The notes: generated by a model from the letters alone, not told the origin. 32,000 nucleotides of DNA from Mesobacillus jeotgali (GCF_002874535.1 NZ_CP025025.1:2905312-2937311), one strand, 5' to 3'. Counted from the stretch's first letter, positions 9,479 to 18,293 are shown. Made by a program: numbers and translations.

Positions 9479-10303
9479 TTATTTTTCCCCTAAACTTTTA
9501 ACAATTTCATTTACAAGTAATAGGAAGCTTGATTTAACTTTTTCAGTCGTTTCAATTACTTCATCATGGCTTAATGGCTGATCGAGAATTCCAGCTGCCA
9601 TATTAGAAATACAGGAAATACCCAGAACTTCCAAACCTGAATGTCTTGCAACCGTTACTTCCGGCACTGTGGACATCCCGACAGCATCGCCGCCCATTGT
9701 ACGGATCATTCTTACTTCAGCTGGTGTTTCATAAACTGGTCCCGGGTTTCCGACATATACTCCCTCTTTGATTATGAGTTTGTTCTTTTCAGCAACCTCT
9801 TTCGCAATTCCTCTTAAATTCTTTGAATATGCTTCGCTCATATCCGGGAAACGCACGCCAAAACGTGAATCGTTTGGCCCAATAAGCGGATTTGTTCCCA
9901 TATTGTTGATATGGTCTGTGATGATCATCAAGTCGCCTGGTTCAAAGCTTTCGTTCACACCACCAGCTGCGTTTGTAACGATCAGTTTTTCAATTCCAAG
10001 TTCTTTCATGACACGCACAGGGAAAGTAACCTTATCCATGCTATAGCCTTCGTAATAATGGAAACGCCCTTGCATCGCGATTACTTCCACACCGCTAAGC
10101 TGTCCGCAAACTAGCTGTCCAGCGTGGCCTTCTACAGTGGAAACCGGGAATCCTGGTATTTCGTTGTAAGGAATCTTAACCGGGTTTTCGATATCTTCAG
10201 CAAGAACACCAAGCCCAGATCCTAGAATCAATCCGATTTTCGGCTGCTGCTTAAGCTTGTCATTAATAAAAGATGCTGCATTTTGAATTTGATTGTAATC
10301 CAT
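9479..10303 (-). CDS. punA: Purine nucleoside phosphorylase (PNP-I, trimeric type)
   Basis: 274-aa PNP/MTAP family protein ([18 protein letters not shown]). It lies downstream of the phosphopentomutase gene. Confidence 0.9.
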   Translation of the reverse strand: MDYNQIQNAASFINDKLKQQPKIGLILGSGLGVLAEDIENPVKIPYNEIPGFPVSTVEGHAGQLVCGQLSGVEVIAMQGRFHYYEGYSMDKVTFPVRVMKELGIEKLIVTNAAGGVNESFEPGDLMIITDHINNMGTNPLIGPNDSRFGVRFPDMSEAYSKNLRGIAKEVAEKNKLIIKEGVYVGNPGPVYETPAEVRMIRTMGGDAVGMSTVPEVTVARHSGLEVLGISCISNMAAGILDQPLSHDEVIETTEKVKSSFLLLVNEIVKSLGEK

Positions 10304-10315
10304 AAAATCCTCTCC

Positions 10316-11497
10316 TTATTTCAATTCCTTCAGGAAACTTGTTCCGTGTTCAGGCATTTTCACATTAAAGTTTTCCGCAACAGTAGCACCAATGTCAGCA
10401 AATGTTTTACGGACAGGCAGCTCTTTTCCTTCATTCATTCTCTTTGAGTAAACGAGGAGCGGCACGTATTCACGTGTATGGTCTGTTCCGTGATGAACCG
10501 GGTCATTTCCGTGGTCAGCCGTAATGATGAGCAGATCATCTTCTTTCAATTTCTCGAATACCTCAGGAAGACGGGCATCATATTCTTCAAGTGCCTTACC
10601 ATAGCCTTCCGGATCGCGGCGATGTCCGAATAAAGCATCAAAATCAACAAGGTTCAGGAAGCTTAATCCTGTAAAATCCTGATCCAAAGTTTGGAGCAAT
10701 TTATCCATTCCATCCATATTTGACACTGTTCGAAGAGAATCAGTTATACCTTCGCCGTCATAGATATCTGAAATTTTTCCGATAGCCAGTACATCAAGGC
10801 CTGAGTCCTTCATTTCATTCATAACTGTTCTGCCAAATGGTTTCAGCGCATAGTCATGGCGGTTGGATGTACGTTTGAAGTCCCCTGGTTCACCGAGAAA
10901 AGGTCTTGCGATGACTCTTCCGACCATGTATTTATCATCAAGTGTCAATTCCCTGGCAATTTTACAAATATCATAAAGCTCTTCTATCGGAATAATTTCT
11001 TCATGAGCAGCGATTTGCAGAACCGAATCTGCAGATGTATAGACAATCAACGCGCCTGTCTTCATATGCTCTTCGCCAAGTTCTACAAGGATTTCAGTGC
11101 CGCTTGCCGGCTTGTTGCCGATAACCTTCCTGCCGGTCCTTGATTCGAGTTCAGAAATTAACTCATCCGGAAAACCATCAGGGAATACCTGGAATGGTGT
11201 CTGGATATTCAAGCCCATGATCTCCCAGTGACCTGTCATGGTATCTTTGCCGTTAGATGCTTCTTCCATTTTTGTATAGAAGGCCAGCGGCTTTTCAGCA
11301 GGTGCGATTCCTTTGATTTCCTCGATATTGCTAAGGCCGAGTTTGCCCATATTAGGCATACTCAAACCATTCATTCTTTCTCCGATATGCCCCAGTGTAT
11401 GGGAACCTTTATCACCAAACTTTTCGGCGTCTGGTGCTTCTCCGATCCCGACTGAATCCATGACGATTAAAAATACTCGTTTATATGTATTCGACAT
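10316..11497 (-). CDS. drm: Phosphopentomutase
   Basis: 393-aa DeoB family protein ([20 protein letters not shown]). Confidence 0.95.
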   Translation of the reverse strand: MSNTYKRVFLIVMDSVGIGEAPDAEKFGDKGSHTLGHIGERMNGLSMPNMGKLGLSNIEEIKGIAPAEKPLAFYTKMEEASNGKDTMTGHWEIMGLNIQTPFQVFPDGFPDELISELESRTGRKVIGNKPASGTEILVELGEEHMKTGALIVYTSADSVLQIAAHEEIIPIEELYDICKIARELTLDDKYMVGRVIARPFLGEPGDFKRTSNRHDYALKPFGRTVMNEMKDSGLDVLAIGKISDIYDGEGITDSLRTVSNMDGMDKLLQTLDQDFTGLSFLNLVDFDALFGHRRDPEGYGKALEEYDARLPEVFEKLKEDDLLIITADHGNDPVHHGTDHTREYVPLLVYSKRMNEGKELPVRKTFADIGATVAENFNVKMPEHGTSFLKELK

Positions 11498-11579
11498 TCC
11501 TTATCCTCCTTAAAAGTGTGAATGCGTTACTAACTTTTTCACAATTTTATGATACCCTTTTTTATTTCAGTTAATCGAA

Positions 11580-11594
11580 TGCTTGCGTTTTCAT
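11580..11594 (-). promoter_or_regulatory. Catabolite-responsive element (cre, CcpA site)
   Basis: The minus strand reads ATGAAAACGCAAGCA. It fits every specified position of WTGNAANCGNWNNCW. It lies in the drm leader, about 85 nt upstream of the start codon. Confidence 0.5.
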
Positions 11595-11595
11595 T

Positions 11596-11611
11596 TGTCA
11601 GAAGTCTGACA
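11596..11611. promoter_or_regulatory. Perfect palindrome TGTCAGA-AG-TCTGACA (candidate operator)
   Basis: 7-bp arms with a 2-bp spacer. It lies between the candidate -10 (11617-11622) and the cre. Confidence 0.3.
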
Positions 11612-11616
11612 TCTCC

Positions 11617-11644
11617 ATTGTACTAAATAAAATTAAAAACACAA
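11617..11644 (-). promoter_or_regulatory. Candidate sigma-A promoter of drm-punA-pdp
   Basis: The minus strand reads TTGTGT-N16-TACAAT, directly downstream of the xerD terminator. Confidence 0.4.
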
Positions 11645-11669
11645 GAAAAAAAGCCGACTTTTAGCCGGC
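11645..11669 (-). terminator. Candidate terminator after xerD
   Basis: The minus strand reads GCCGGC-taaaa-GTCGGC (one G-U pair) followed by T7. Confidence 0.45.
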
Positions 11670-11758
11670 CTTTTATGACAATTCTATGAAACTTGTAAAC
11701 AATTGGGCAGACATGAAGCCTTGTACGGCCTAAGCGCAAATAGCAATATTGTCTGCTG

Positions 11759-12652
11759 TTATGCCCGAGGATGGAACTTTGTATAGACGTCCTTTAACCT
11801 CGTCTTTGTCACATGCGTATAAATTTGGGTCGTCGAGATGTCCGCATGGCCGAGCATTTCTTGCACAGCTCGAAGGTCGGCCCCATTTTCAAGCAGATGG
11901 GTGGCAAATGAATGGCGCATTGTGTGAGGAGTCAATTCTTTCTCAATACCTGCTTCTGTCGCAAGGCGCTTAAGAATCTTCCAAAAGCCCTGTCGTGATA
12001 GACCTTTCCCATGGTGATTCAAAAATAAAGAGTCATCCTTATGTTTTTTTGATACCAGCTTTGGCCTGCCCTTTTCCAGGTATTGCTCGATTGCGTCAGA
12101 AGCTGTCTTGCCAATCGGGATGATCCTTTCTTTGCTCCCTTTTCCCATGCAGCGGACAAACCCCATTGTCAGATGGACATCAGATAGCCTTAGTCCAATC
12201 AGCTCACTCACACGGATACCAGTAGCATACATCATTTCCAGCATCGCCTTATCACGATAGCCAAAATGGTCTGTCAGCTTCGGGCTGTCGAGAAGTGTCT
12301 CGACCTCTTCCATGCTCAATACCTTTGGCAAGGATCGTTCATGCTGTGGACTCTCGATGTGCACAGTTGGATCATGGTCAACTGCCTTTTCCCGCAGCAG
12401 GAAATGATGAAAAGCCCTGATCGAGGCAATATGTCTTGCCAATGTTTTTGATGATTTGCCTGTGTCTTTTAAATGACCCAGAAAATGAACAATCTGCGGA
12501 CGCTGCACGCCATTAAAGTCTCCAAGCTGTTCAACATTCTTCAGATATGTGATATAGCTATTCAAATCTCGTTTATAAGACACAATTGTGTTCTTTGAAA
12601 GTCCCTTTTCAACAATTAAAAAGTGGATAAAGTCGTCGAGCCTATCTTCCAT
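11759..12652 (-). CDS. xerD: Tyrosine recombinase XerD (RipX)
   Basis: 297-aa phage-integrase-family protein with the catalytic R...HxxR...Y context ([26 protein letters not shown]). It lies next to fur, as in B. subtilis. Confidence 0.9.
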   Translation of the reverse strand: MEDRLDDFIHFLIVEKGLSKNTIVSYKRDLNSYITYLKNVEQLGDFNGVQRPQIVHFLGHLKDTGKSSKTLARHIASIRAFHHFLLREKAVDHDPTVHIESPQHERSLPKVLSMEEVETLLDSPKLTDHFGYRDKAMLEMMYATGIRVSELIGLRLSDVHLTMGFVRCMGKGSKERIIPIGKTASDAIEQYLEKGRPKLVSKKHKDDSLFLNHHGKGLSRQGFWKILKRLATEAGIEKELTPHTMRHSFATHLLENGADLRAVQEMLGHADISTTQIYTHVTKTRLKDVYTKFHPRA

Positions 12653-12657
12653 GTTTA

Positions 12658-12900
12658 TTACTCCCCATTCAGATAAAACAGTATCAGCCTTTCAAGCATA
12701 CTTCCTTTTTCTTCGTCAAAAGTACCTGACACCTTTATGGCTGCTCCCTCTGGTGCGTCATATCGATGATAGCTTTCATACTCTTCGTTAATCCACATGA
12801 TACCATAATAAAATAAGATTGTGCATCCAGTGAATAATATAAACACCTTTATGGTGTGCATGACCAAACCGAACCAAGATTTCATTTTTCTTGCCTCCAA
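12658..12900 (-). CDS. Small membrane protein, YqzK-like
   Basis: 80-aa ORF with one TM segment. It ends 6 nt before the xerD start. The real start may be the internal MKSWFG (ATG 12885). Its position matches my recollection of yqzK. Confidence 0.55.
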   Translation of the reverse strand: MEARKMKSWFGLVMHTIKVFILFTGCTILFYYGIMWINEEYESYHRYDAPEGAAIKVSGTFDEEKGSMLERLILFYLNGE

Positions 12901-13034
12901 CTCGACACATAGAACTATGAGCTCTTCTTTATCAAAGTCGTCTCATGTTCTATTCGACTTTACTTAATTACTAATCTGTATGCCAATTTGGACAAGAATT
13001 ATACCTGATCCAGGTGCAATTTTAATAGAAATAT

Positions 13035-13064
13035 AAAAAACCCTTTCTCCATTGGAAAAAGGGT
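13035..13064 (-). terminator. Candidate terminator after fur
   Basis: 7-bp stem (13040-13046 / 13058-13064) followed on the minus strand by a T run (plus-strand A run 13035-13039). Confidence 0.5.
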
Positions 13065-13071
13065 CTTGGGA

Positions 13072-13530
13072 TCATTCAGTTTCAGCCGGTTCTTTTTCCT
13101 GGCATCTGTGGCAAATACCATGGAAAGTCAGGCGGTGGTCCTTGATTTTAAAATTCCAGTCTCTTTCAACGATTTCTTCAACATCTTCAAGAAGGTCGTC
13201 CTGGATTTCATCCACTGCTCCGCATTCGATGCAGACGAGATGATGGTGGAAATGGGCAGCGCCTTCCTGGCGGAGATCGTAACGAGATACACCGTCCCCG
13301 AAGTTGATTTTATCAACAATTTTCAGTTCAGTCAGCAGCTCTAGTGTCCGGTACACTGTTGCCAAACCGATTTCAGGAGATTTCTCTTTGACAAGCAAAT
13401 AAACATCTTCCGCACTCAAGTGGTCTTCTTCATGTTCAAGCAAGACGCGAACGGTAGCTTCACGCTGCGGCGTTAATTTATAGCTGGACGAATGCAGCTG
13501 TTTCTTGATTCTCTCAATTCTGTTTTCCAT
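13072..13530 (-). CDS. fur: Ferric uptake regulator
   Basis: Near-identical to the remembered B. subtilis Fur (MENRI-RIKKQLHSSSYKLTPQREATVRVLLE...HHHL.C..CG...HGICHRC). The start is set at MENRIERIKK (ATG 13530). Confidence 0.95.
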   Translation of the reverse strand: MENRIERIKKQLHSSSYKLTPQREATVRVLLEHEEDHLSAEDVYLLVKEKSPEIGLATVYRTLELLTELKIVDKINFGDGVSRYDLRQEGAAHFHHHLVCIECGAVDEIQDDLLEDVEEIVERDWNFKIKDHRLTFHGICHRCQEKEPAETE

Positions 13531-13565
13531 TTCGATAACTCTCACTCCCCCGCCACTGTTCTTAT

Positions 13566-13593
13566 ATTATACCAGAAGGGGAATGAGAATCAA
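13566..13593 (-). promoter_or_regulatory. Candidate sigma-A promoter of fur
   Basis: The minus strand reads TTGATT-N16-(TGg)TATAAT, an extended -10 type. Confidence 0.4.
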
Positions 13594-13594
13594 A

Positions 13595-13609
13595 ATAAAA
13601 TTATTACAA
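13595..13609 (-). promoter_or_regulatory. Per/Fur-family-box-like 15-mer abutting the fur -35
   Basis: The minus strand reads TTGTAATAATTTTAT versus TTATAATNATTATAA, matching 11 of 14 specified positions. Confidence 0.3.
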
Positions 13610-13645
13610 ATAAGAAACGATAGTTATTATTAATTAAAAATCATT

Positions 13646-14287
13646 TTAATTAATTGAATTAATGACCGCTTTCAATAGTGCCGGTGATAAATATGCCTCT
13701 ACCCCTGCCGCCACAGCCAGGAATACGAGGGCTGCGACAAATGAAAAGATATACCTAAAAAACTGCGGCATAATTGGCTGGTTGATTTTCTTCATGAATT
13801 GATTCCGGATCATTTTCAGTGAAAAAGTCACCGCCATTGCTGCAGTAATAATGAAGACCGGTATAATGATGAAGTTTTGCGGCAGGATGGAAACAAAGGA
13901 TAGTAAAAACCCGTCCCATTGCATTTGATTGACAAGAAAGCCTACCGTGAAGCCAACAACCATTCCCTTCATGAATAGCAGGATCAATATGACGGGAAGT
14001 CCTATGATGGAAACTCCGAGAATCCAGATAAGCCCGATGAATTTACCATTGTGTAAAAAGCTCTGCAAAAACAAATCCTTTCCGTCTGCTACTTTTCCTG
14101 AGGCAGCCTGCCCAAAAAATTGCGATAAATAATAGAATAAATCCTCTTTTTGAGTGAAGCTGAGGCTGTTCACGATTACCGCCCCAAAGATGACCCCCAT
14201 CAAAAACAGGACAATGACAAAAAGATAGATTGAGGAATATTCTCTTAAATGGGTTACTGCGACGTCCTGGTACCTTCGTTTCTTCAT
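13646..14287 (-). CDS. spoIIM: Stage II sporulation protein M
   Basis: 213-aa polytopic membrane protein adjacent to fur. Size and position match B. subtilis SpoIIM. Confidence 0.85.
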   Translation of the reverse strand: MKKRRYQDVAVTHLREYSSIYLFVIVLFLMGVIFGAVIVNSLSFTQKEDLFYYLSQFFGQAASGKVADGKDLFLQSFLHNGKFIGLIWILGVSIIGLPVILILLFMKGMVVGFTVGFLVNQMQWDGFLLSFVSILPQNFIIIPVFIITAAMAVTFSLKMIRNQFMKKINQPIMPQFFRYIFSFVAALVFLAVAAGVEAYLSPALLKAVINSIN

Positions 14288-14316
14288 CTCTCTTCCTCCT
14301 GCATATTGGTTACTAT

Positions 14317-14345
14317 CATCATATGCAGGGACAAAGAGTCTATGA
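14317..14345 (-). promoter_or_regulatory. Candidate sigma-E-type promoter of spoIIM
   Basis: The minus strand reads TCATAGA-N14-CATATGAT versus the consensus TCATATT-N14-CATACAnT. Confidence 0.35.
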
Positions 14346-14382
14346 CTGCAAACCTTCTATTTCTAAAATAATAGAAGAACAA

Positions 14383-14498
14383 AAAGCGCAAGCGCCTCGT
14401 TCAGCCCCGACAAGCGTTGGAGGGCCTGCCAGTGAAGTCGCTCTTTGACTTCATTGGCAGGACCGAAACGTCTCGAGGGGCTAGGCGCTGGAGCTGGA
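14383..14498. repeat. Dispersed intergenic element, compact copy (E1), imperfect long palindrome
   Basis: The central stem is CCTGCCAGTGAAGTC / GACTTCATTGGCAGG (14425-14439 / 14447-14461). Outer complementary blocks are AGCGCCT/AGGCGCT (14391-97 / 14483-89) and AGCCCC/GGGGCT (14403-08 / 14477-82). Three segments recur at 23185-23530. Confidence 0.85.
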
Positions 14499-14551
14499 TT
14501 AAGAAAACTACATGTAGTTATCCACACTTAAATAATTCTATAATTTCCTTA

Positions 14552-14584
14552 TAAAACAAAAATCCGATCGAATGGACCGGATTT
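14552..14584 (-). terminator. Candidate terminator after the EndoQ-like gene
   Basis: Stem AAATCCG / CGGATTT (14560-66 / 14578-84) followed on the minus strand by TTGTTTTA. Confidence 0.5.
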
Positions 14585-14586
14585 AC

Positions 14587-15750
14587 TTAATCTGATATTT
14601 TACCGTATTTGCCGCCCCCGCCTGCGTGAAAAGCGAGTTGGCCTCTTCTTGCTCTATCTATAATTATGGCTGTCTTTTCCGGAATAACCTGTTTCAAAGA
14701 ATCAAGAGGCACTGAATGAAGGACGGCCATTTCTGTACCGAAATGGTCCATAAGCTTTTCTAGCATTTTCGGTCCAAGGCCCGGAATGAATTCGAGCGGC
14801 ACCTGGTGGATATAGGACGGCCTTCCATATTGATTTCCATCTGAAGTCTTCAATTCCTGTATTCTGTCGGCGACACCTTTTACCTTTTTGACAGATCCGC
14901 ATTCAGAGCACGCTTGATCATATGCTGGATTGAATGCCAGGCATTCTGCACAGACTGTACGGTGATACTTTCCAAGCTGCGGATCCAGACCATAATTCGC
15001 TTTGATACCCCGGCCTTCCATTTGGTTTAACGCAAGTTCCAGCTCACGAAAAGATGGCTCAGCCATTTCAATTTTCTGGTATTCTCTTGCAATTTTCGCA
15101 AGAGAGTGGGCGTCGGAATTCGTTACAAATGGATAACGGTGAAGCTCAGCTAGCTGGTCTGCCATATTCGTATCCGAACTTAAGCCTAATTCAATGCCAT
15201 CAATCAGGGCTGCATCAAAAACCTCTGAAAGAGAATCTTTGACTCCTTTTCCGTATAAGCTTTTGAAGGGTGTAAATACATGAGCAGGAATGAATATACC
15301 TCCAAGTTCCTTAACCTTCTTTTGCAAAACACGGCCAGAAACATAGACTCTCTGGGAGCTTAGATGAATATTTTTCAAGTGGTTCGCTAGCCAGCTTGAA
15401 AAAGTCCTCATCGTTTGCAAACTAGGAAGATAGCATAGCACATGGATGGGACCCTGGGTGCTTTCATCATTTATCTCAAGCTCTGAACCAAGGATGACAC
15501 TCATCCGGCCATAATTCAAACCACCTTCAGGATGCTCCGCCAACTGACCCGCATCAAGCAAATCTTCCATTTCATCAAGAACTTCAGGTGAATGGCTGTC
15601 AATAATCCCTATCATATTCAACCCTTTATAGTCCCTTGCGTGGCGAATGATATTGCTGAATGTCAGTGATTTTGCTCCGGTGATTTTTACAGCTCGACCT
15701 GATTTCGTCCTGCCAATATGAATGTGCAGATCAACGAAGTATTCATGCAT
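14587..15750 (-). CDS. PHP-domain nuclease, endonuclease Q-like (YqxK-like)
   Basis: 387 aa. It has an N-terminal PHP metal-binding signature (DLHIHIGRT ... DSH ... NSDAHS), a CxxC...CxxC zinc ribbon (CAECLAF...CSECGS), and a C-terminal helix-hairpin-helix-like segment (IPGLGPKMLEKL). The family assignment is from memory. Confidence 0.6.
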   Translation of the reverse strand: MHEYFVDLHIHIGRTKSGRAVKITGAKSLTFSNIIRHARDYKGLNMIGIIDSHSPEVLDEMEDLLDAGQLAEHPEGGLNYGRMSVILGSELEINDESTQGPIHVLCYLPSLQTMRTFSSWLANHLKNIHLSSQRVYVSGRVLQKKVKELGGIFIPAHVFTPFKSLYGKGVKDSLSEVFDAALIDGIELGLSSDTNMADQLAELHRYPFVTNSDAHSLAKIAREYQKIEMAEPSFRELELALNQMEGRGIKANYGLDPQLGKYHRTVCAECLAFNPAYDQACSECGSVKKVKGVADRIQELKTSDGNQYGRPSYIHQVPLEFIPGLGPKMLEKLMDHFGTEMAVLHSVPLDSLKQVIPEKTAIIIDRARRGQLAFHAGGGGKYGKISD

Positions 15751-16302
15751 TTAATTATCTAATGCCTCCTGCAATTGCAGATGCTGTACTGCATATGCTG
15801 TTTTTGCGTCGAAAATCTTTTGTTCTTTAACAAGTTGGATCGCTTCTTCAAGGGTTATCTCCATTAAATTGACAAATTCATCCTCATCCACTGCTGCTGG
15901 ATTAGCTTTTTTAGAAAGCCCTGTAGCTTTATAAACATGGATGATTTCATCTGCGAACCCTGGGGATGTATAGAAGGAAATAAGCCATTCCATATTCGCG
16001 CATTCATAGCCTGTCTCTTCCTCAAGTTCACGGGCAGCACAAATTTCCGGCTTCTCTCCTGCCTCAAGCTTGCCTGCTGGAATCTCGATAATCGTCCTTT
16101 CCAAAGCCTTTCTATATTGTTCAACCATGATGATTTTATTATCATCTGTGACTGGAATGACCGCGACTGCACCAGGATGCTTGACGATCTCCCTTTTTGA
16201 CGTTTTTCCATTCGGCAATTCTACATCGTCTACTTGCAGGCTAATGACCTTTCCTGTAAAAATCTGCTCCGTTTTGAGTGTTTTTTCTTCAAGAGATTTC
16301 AT
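15751..16302 (-). CDS. nudF: ADP-ribose pyrophosphatase (Nudix)
   Basis: 183 aa with a Nudix box (GKLEAGEKPEICAARELEEETGY). Confidence 0.85.
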   Translation of the reverse strand: MKSLEEKTLKTEQIFTGKVISLQVDDVELPNGKTSKREIVKHPGAVAVIPVTDDNKIIMVEQYRKALERTIIEIPAGKLEAGEKPEICAARELEEETGYECANMEWLISFYTSPGFADEIIHVYKATGLSKKANPAAVDEDEFVNLMEITLEEAIQLVKEQKIFDAKTAYAVQHLQLQEALDN

Positions 16303-16377
16303 ACATGTCCACTCCTGTTCTAATCCGATATCAAATGCTCATACATTTTACCATACTTATCCGAAAGGAGTATGCTG

Positions 16378-16524
16378 ATGAAAATTTACGTCCATAGCCA
16401 GGGGATCACTCTTGCTGGCAAGGCATGGGAAATCAAGCGCTTATTAAAAGAGTATGGCAAAAAGCATGTGCTTGTAAAAGATTGGGTAGAAACAGTCAAT
16501 CAGCCTCCACGCCGTCCAGAATAG
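16378..16524 (+). CDS. Small hypothetical protein (48 aa), absent from the ORF track
   Basis: AAAGGAG (16364-16370), then 7 nt, then ATG 16378. The product is MKIYVHSQGITLAGKAWEIKRLLKEYGKKHVLVKDWVETVNQPPRRPE, ending at TAG 16522-16524. It fills an otherwise empty 260-nt gap. Confidence 0.5.
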   Translation: MKIYVHSQGITLAGKAWEIKRLLKEYGKKHVLVKDWVETVNQPPRRPE

Positions 16525-16581
16525 TTGAATGCACTCCTTTTATTCCGTTAAGATGGAATCATATTGGAACGGAGTGATTTT

Positions 16582-17493
16582 ATGAAAAAACGGAAACTGG
16601 GTACATCCGATTTGTTTGTCAGTGAAATCGGCCTTGGCTGCATGTCGCTGGGAACCGATCTTCCAAAGGCACAGACAGTGATTGAGGCTGCCCTTGAAGA
16701 AGGCATCAATTATTTTGACACCGCCGATTTATATGATTTCGGGGAGAATGAAAAAATCGTTGGAAATGCACTTCGTACTGTCAGGGAGCAGGTCGTGATC
16801 GCTACGAAAGCTGGCAACCGATGGACCAATTCAAAGGACAGCTGGACCTGGGACCCTTCGAAAGCGTACATCAAAGAGGCTGTTAAGCAAAGCTTAAAAA
16901 GACTGAACACTGATTATATCGACCTTTACCAGCTTCACGGCGGAACAATAGACGACAATATTGAAGAAACAATCGAGGCATTTGAAGAGCTAAAAACGGA
17001 GGGCTTTATCAAGTACTACGGCATTTCCTCCATAAGGCCGAATGTCATTCGTGAATATGCTCAAAAATCCAATATTGTATCTGTCATGATGCAGCTCAGC
17101 ATGCTAGACCGCCGTCCTGAAGAAGAAGCGCTTCCGCTTCTTCATGATAACAATATTAGTGTGGTAACGAGAGGCACGGTAGCGAAAGGTATGCTTAGTG
17201 ACAGAATGCTCGAGAAAGCATCTTCTAAAGGGTATCTTGATTACAGCTATGAGGAATTGGCAGAGGTCCTTCCGTTATTAAAAGAAAAGCTCGCTTCATC
17301 CAGATCCCTTGCAGAAGTCGCCATCCAGTATAATTTAGCACACCCTGCAGTAGCTTCTGTTGTCGCTGGAGCAAGCACGGCTGAACAGATCAAGGAAAAT
17401 GCCAGGGCAGCGAATTCCGATTCCCTGACTCCTGAGGAAATCGATTTAATTAAGTCGATTACGAAAGCAAATAGATATGACCAGCACAGGTAA
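16582..17493 (+). CDS. Aldo/keto reductase (YqkF-like)
   Basis: AKR family motifs are present (GLGCMSLG, FDTADLYD, LYQLHG). The start is set at ATG 16582 (GGAG plus 7 nt) rather than the track TTG at 16564. Confidence 0.85.
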   Translation: MKKRKLGTSDLFVSEIGLGCMSLGTDLPKAQTVIEAALEEGINYFDTADLYDFGENEKIVGNALRTVREQVVIATKAGNRWTNSKDSWTWDPSKAYIKEAVKQSLKRLNTDYIDLYQLHGGTIDDNIEETIEAFEELKTEGFIKYYGISSIRPNVIREYAQKSNIVSVMMQLSMLDRRPEEEALPLLHDNNISVVTRGTVAKGMLSDRMLEKASSKGYLDYSYEELAEVLPLLKEKLASSRSLAEVAIQYNLAHPAVASVVAGASTAEQIKENARAANSDSLTPEEIDLIKSITKANRYDQHR

Positions 17494-17537
17494 GAAAAAA
17501 AGGAACACTTTCATTGCGAAAGTGTTCCTCTTTTTCT
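17494..17537. terminator. Bidirectional terminator between convergent genes
   Basis: Perfect 12-bp stem AGGAACACTTTC / GAAAGTGTTCCT (17501-12 / 17518-29). It is flanked by an A7 run and a T-rich tract. Confidence 0.8.
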
Positions 17538-17558
17538 TCGGTATGATTAATTTAGTAT

Positions 17559-18293
17559 TTATGCCAGCATTAGCAAGAGTGTATAGCCTGCCAGTCCAGC
17601 GGCAAACGCCCAAAAGTTACTCTCCCTTTCTTCCGGGAGCTCCTCTTTCATTACATTTAAGATGACACCGCCTGCGAGCATAGCAAAAAGCAAGGCAATA
17701 ATGTTTTCATTCACTTTCCAGGTGATGCCGATTACCCAGCCTGCCAATATGGCGGCAGCAAGAAGCCACCTTCCTACTCGATCATATATTTCCTTGTGCG
17801 CCTCCCTAAGCGCATGGTCGCTGGTGATGAAATGGACGGCCAGCGCTATAAAATAAAACACCAGCCCCGATAACGTTTCCTGTTCTCCATGAAGCAGCAA
17901 ATATCCTATCAAACTGTTATAAAGGAAAAATGAAGTGATATGAATCCAAAATACGCCCTTAGAAGCCCTGTCAAGGTTATTTTTCTCTTGCTGTTTTTTC
18001 TTTGAGGTTTTCACCATACGTTCCAGTCCATAAAATATGGCCAACCCAATCATCGCTACTATATATGTATGGTTTTCAAAGAACTTCAGGGCATCAGATT
18101 GTATATTCCTGTCAAGGACCTCGTTATGTTTGTTCAACTCAGGCAGCAAGTGAATGAATACATATGCTACAGAAATGCCCCCTGCAGCTGAAAGCAGTCT
18201 GCTTCGAGGTACGTTGTCGAGGAAAGGTAAATATCTTGAAAATAAATGAATTAAAACGAATCCGGCCGCGAATATGAAAGTAATAAGTAACAA
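17559..18293 (-). CDS. Hypothetical polytopic membrane protein
   Basis: 244 aa with multiple hydrophobic segments. His/Glu motifs lie in or near the TM segments (FIHLLPE, HFITSDH, KEELPEE). No family is confidently recognised. Confidence 0.55.
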   Translation of the reverse strand: MLLITFIFAAGFVLIHLFSRYLPFLDNVPRSRLLSAAGGISVAYVFIHLLPELNKHNEVLDRNIQSDALKFFENHTYIVAMIGLAIFYGLERMVKTSKKKQQEKNNLDRASKGVFWIHITSFFLYNSLIGYLLLHGEQETLSGLVFYFIALAVHFITSDHALREAHKEIYDRVGRWLLAAAILAGWVIGITWKVNENIIALLFAMLAGGVILNVMKEELPEERESNFWAFAAGLAGYTLLLMLA

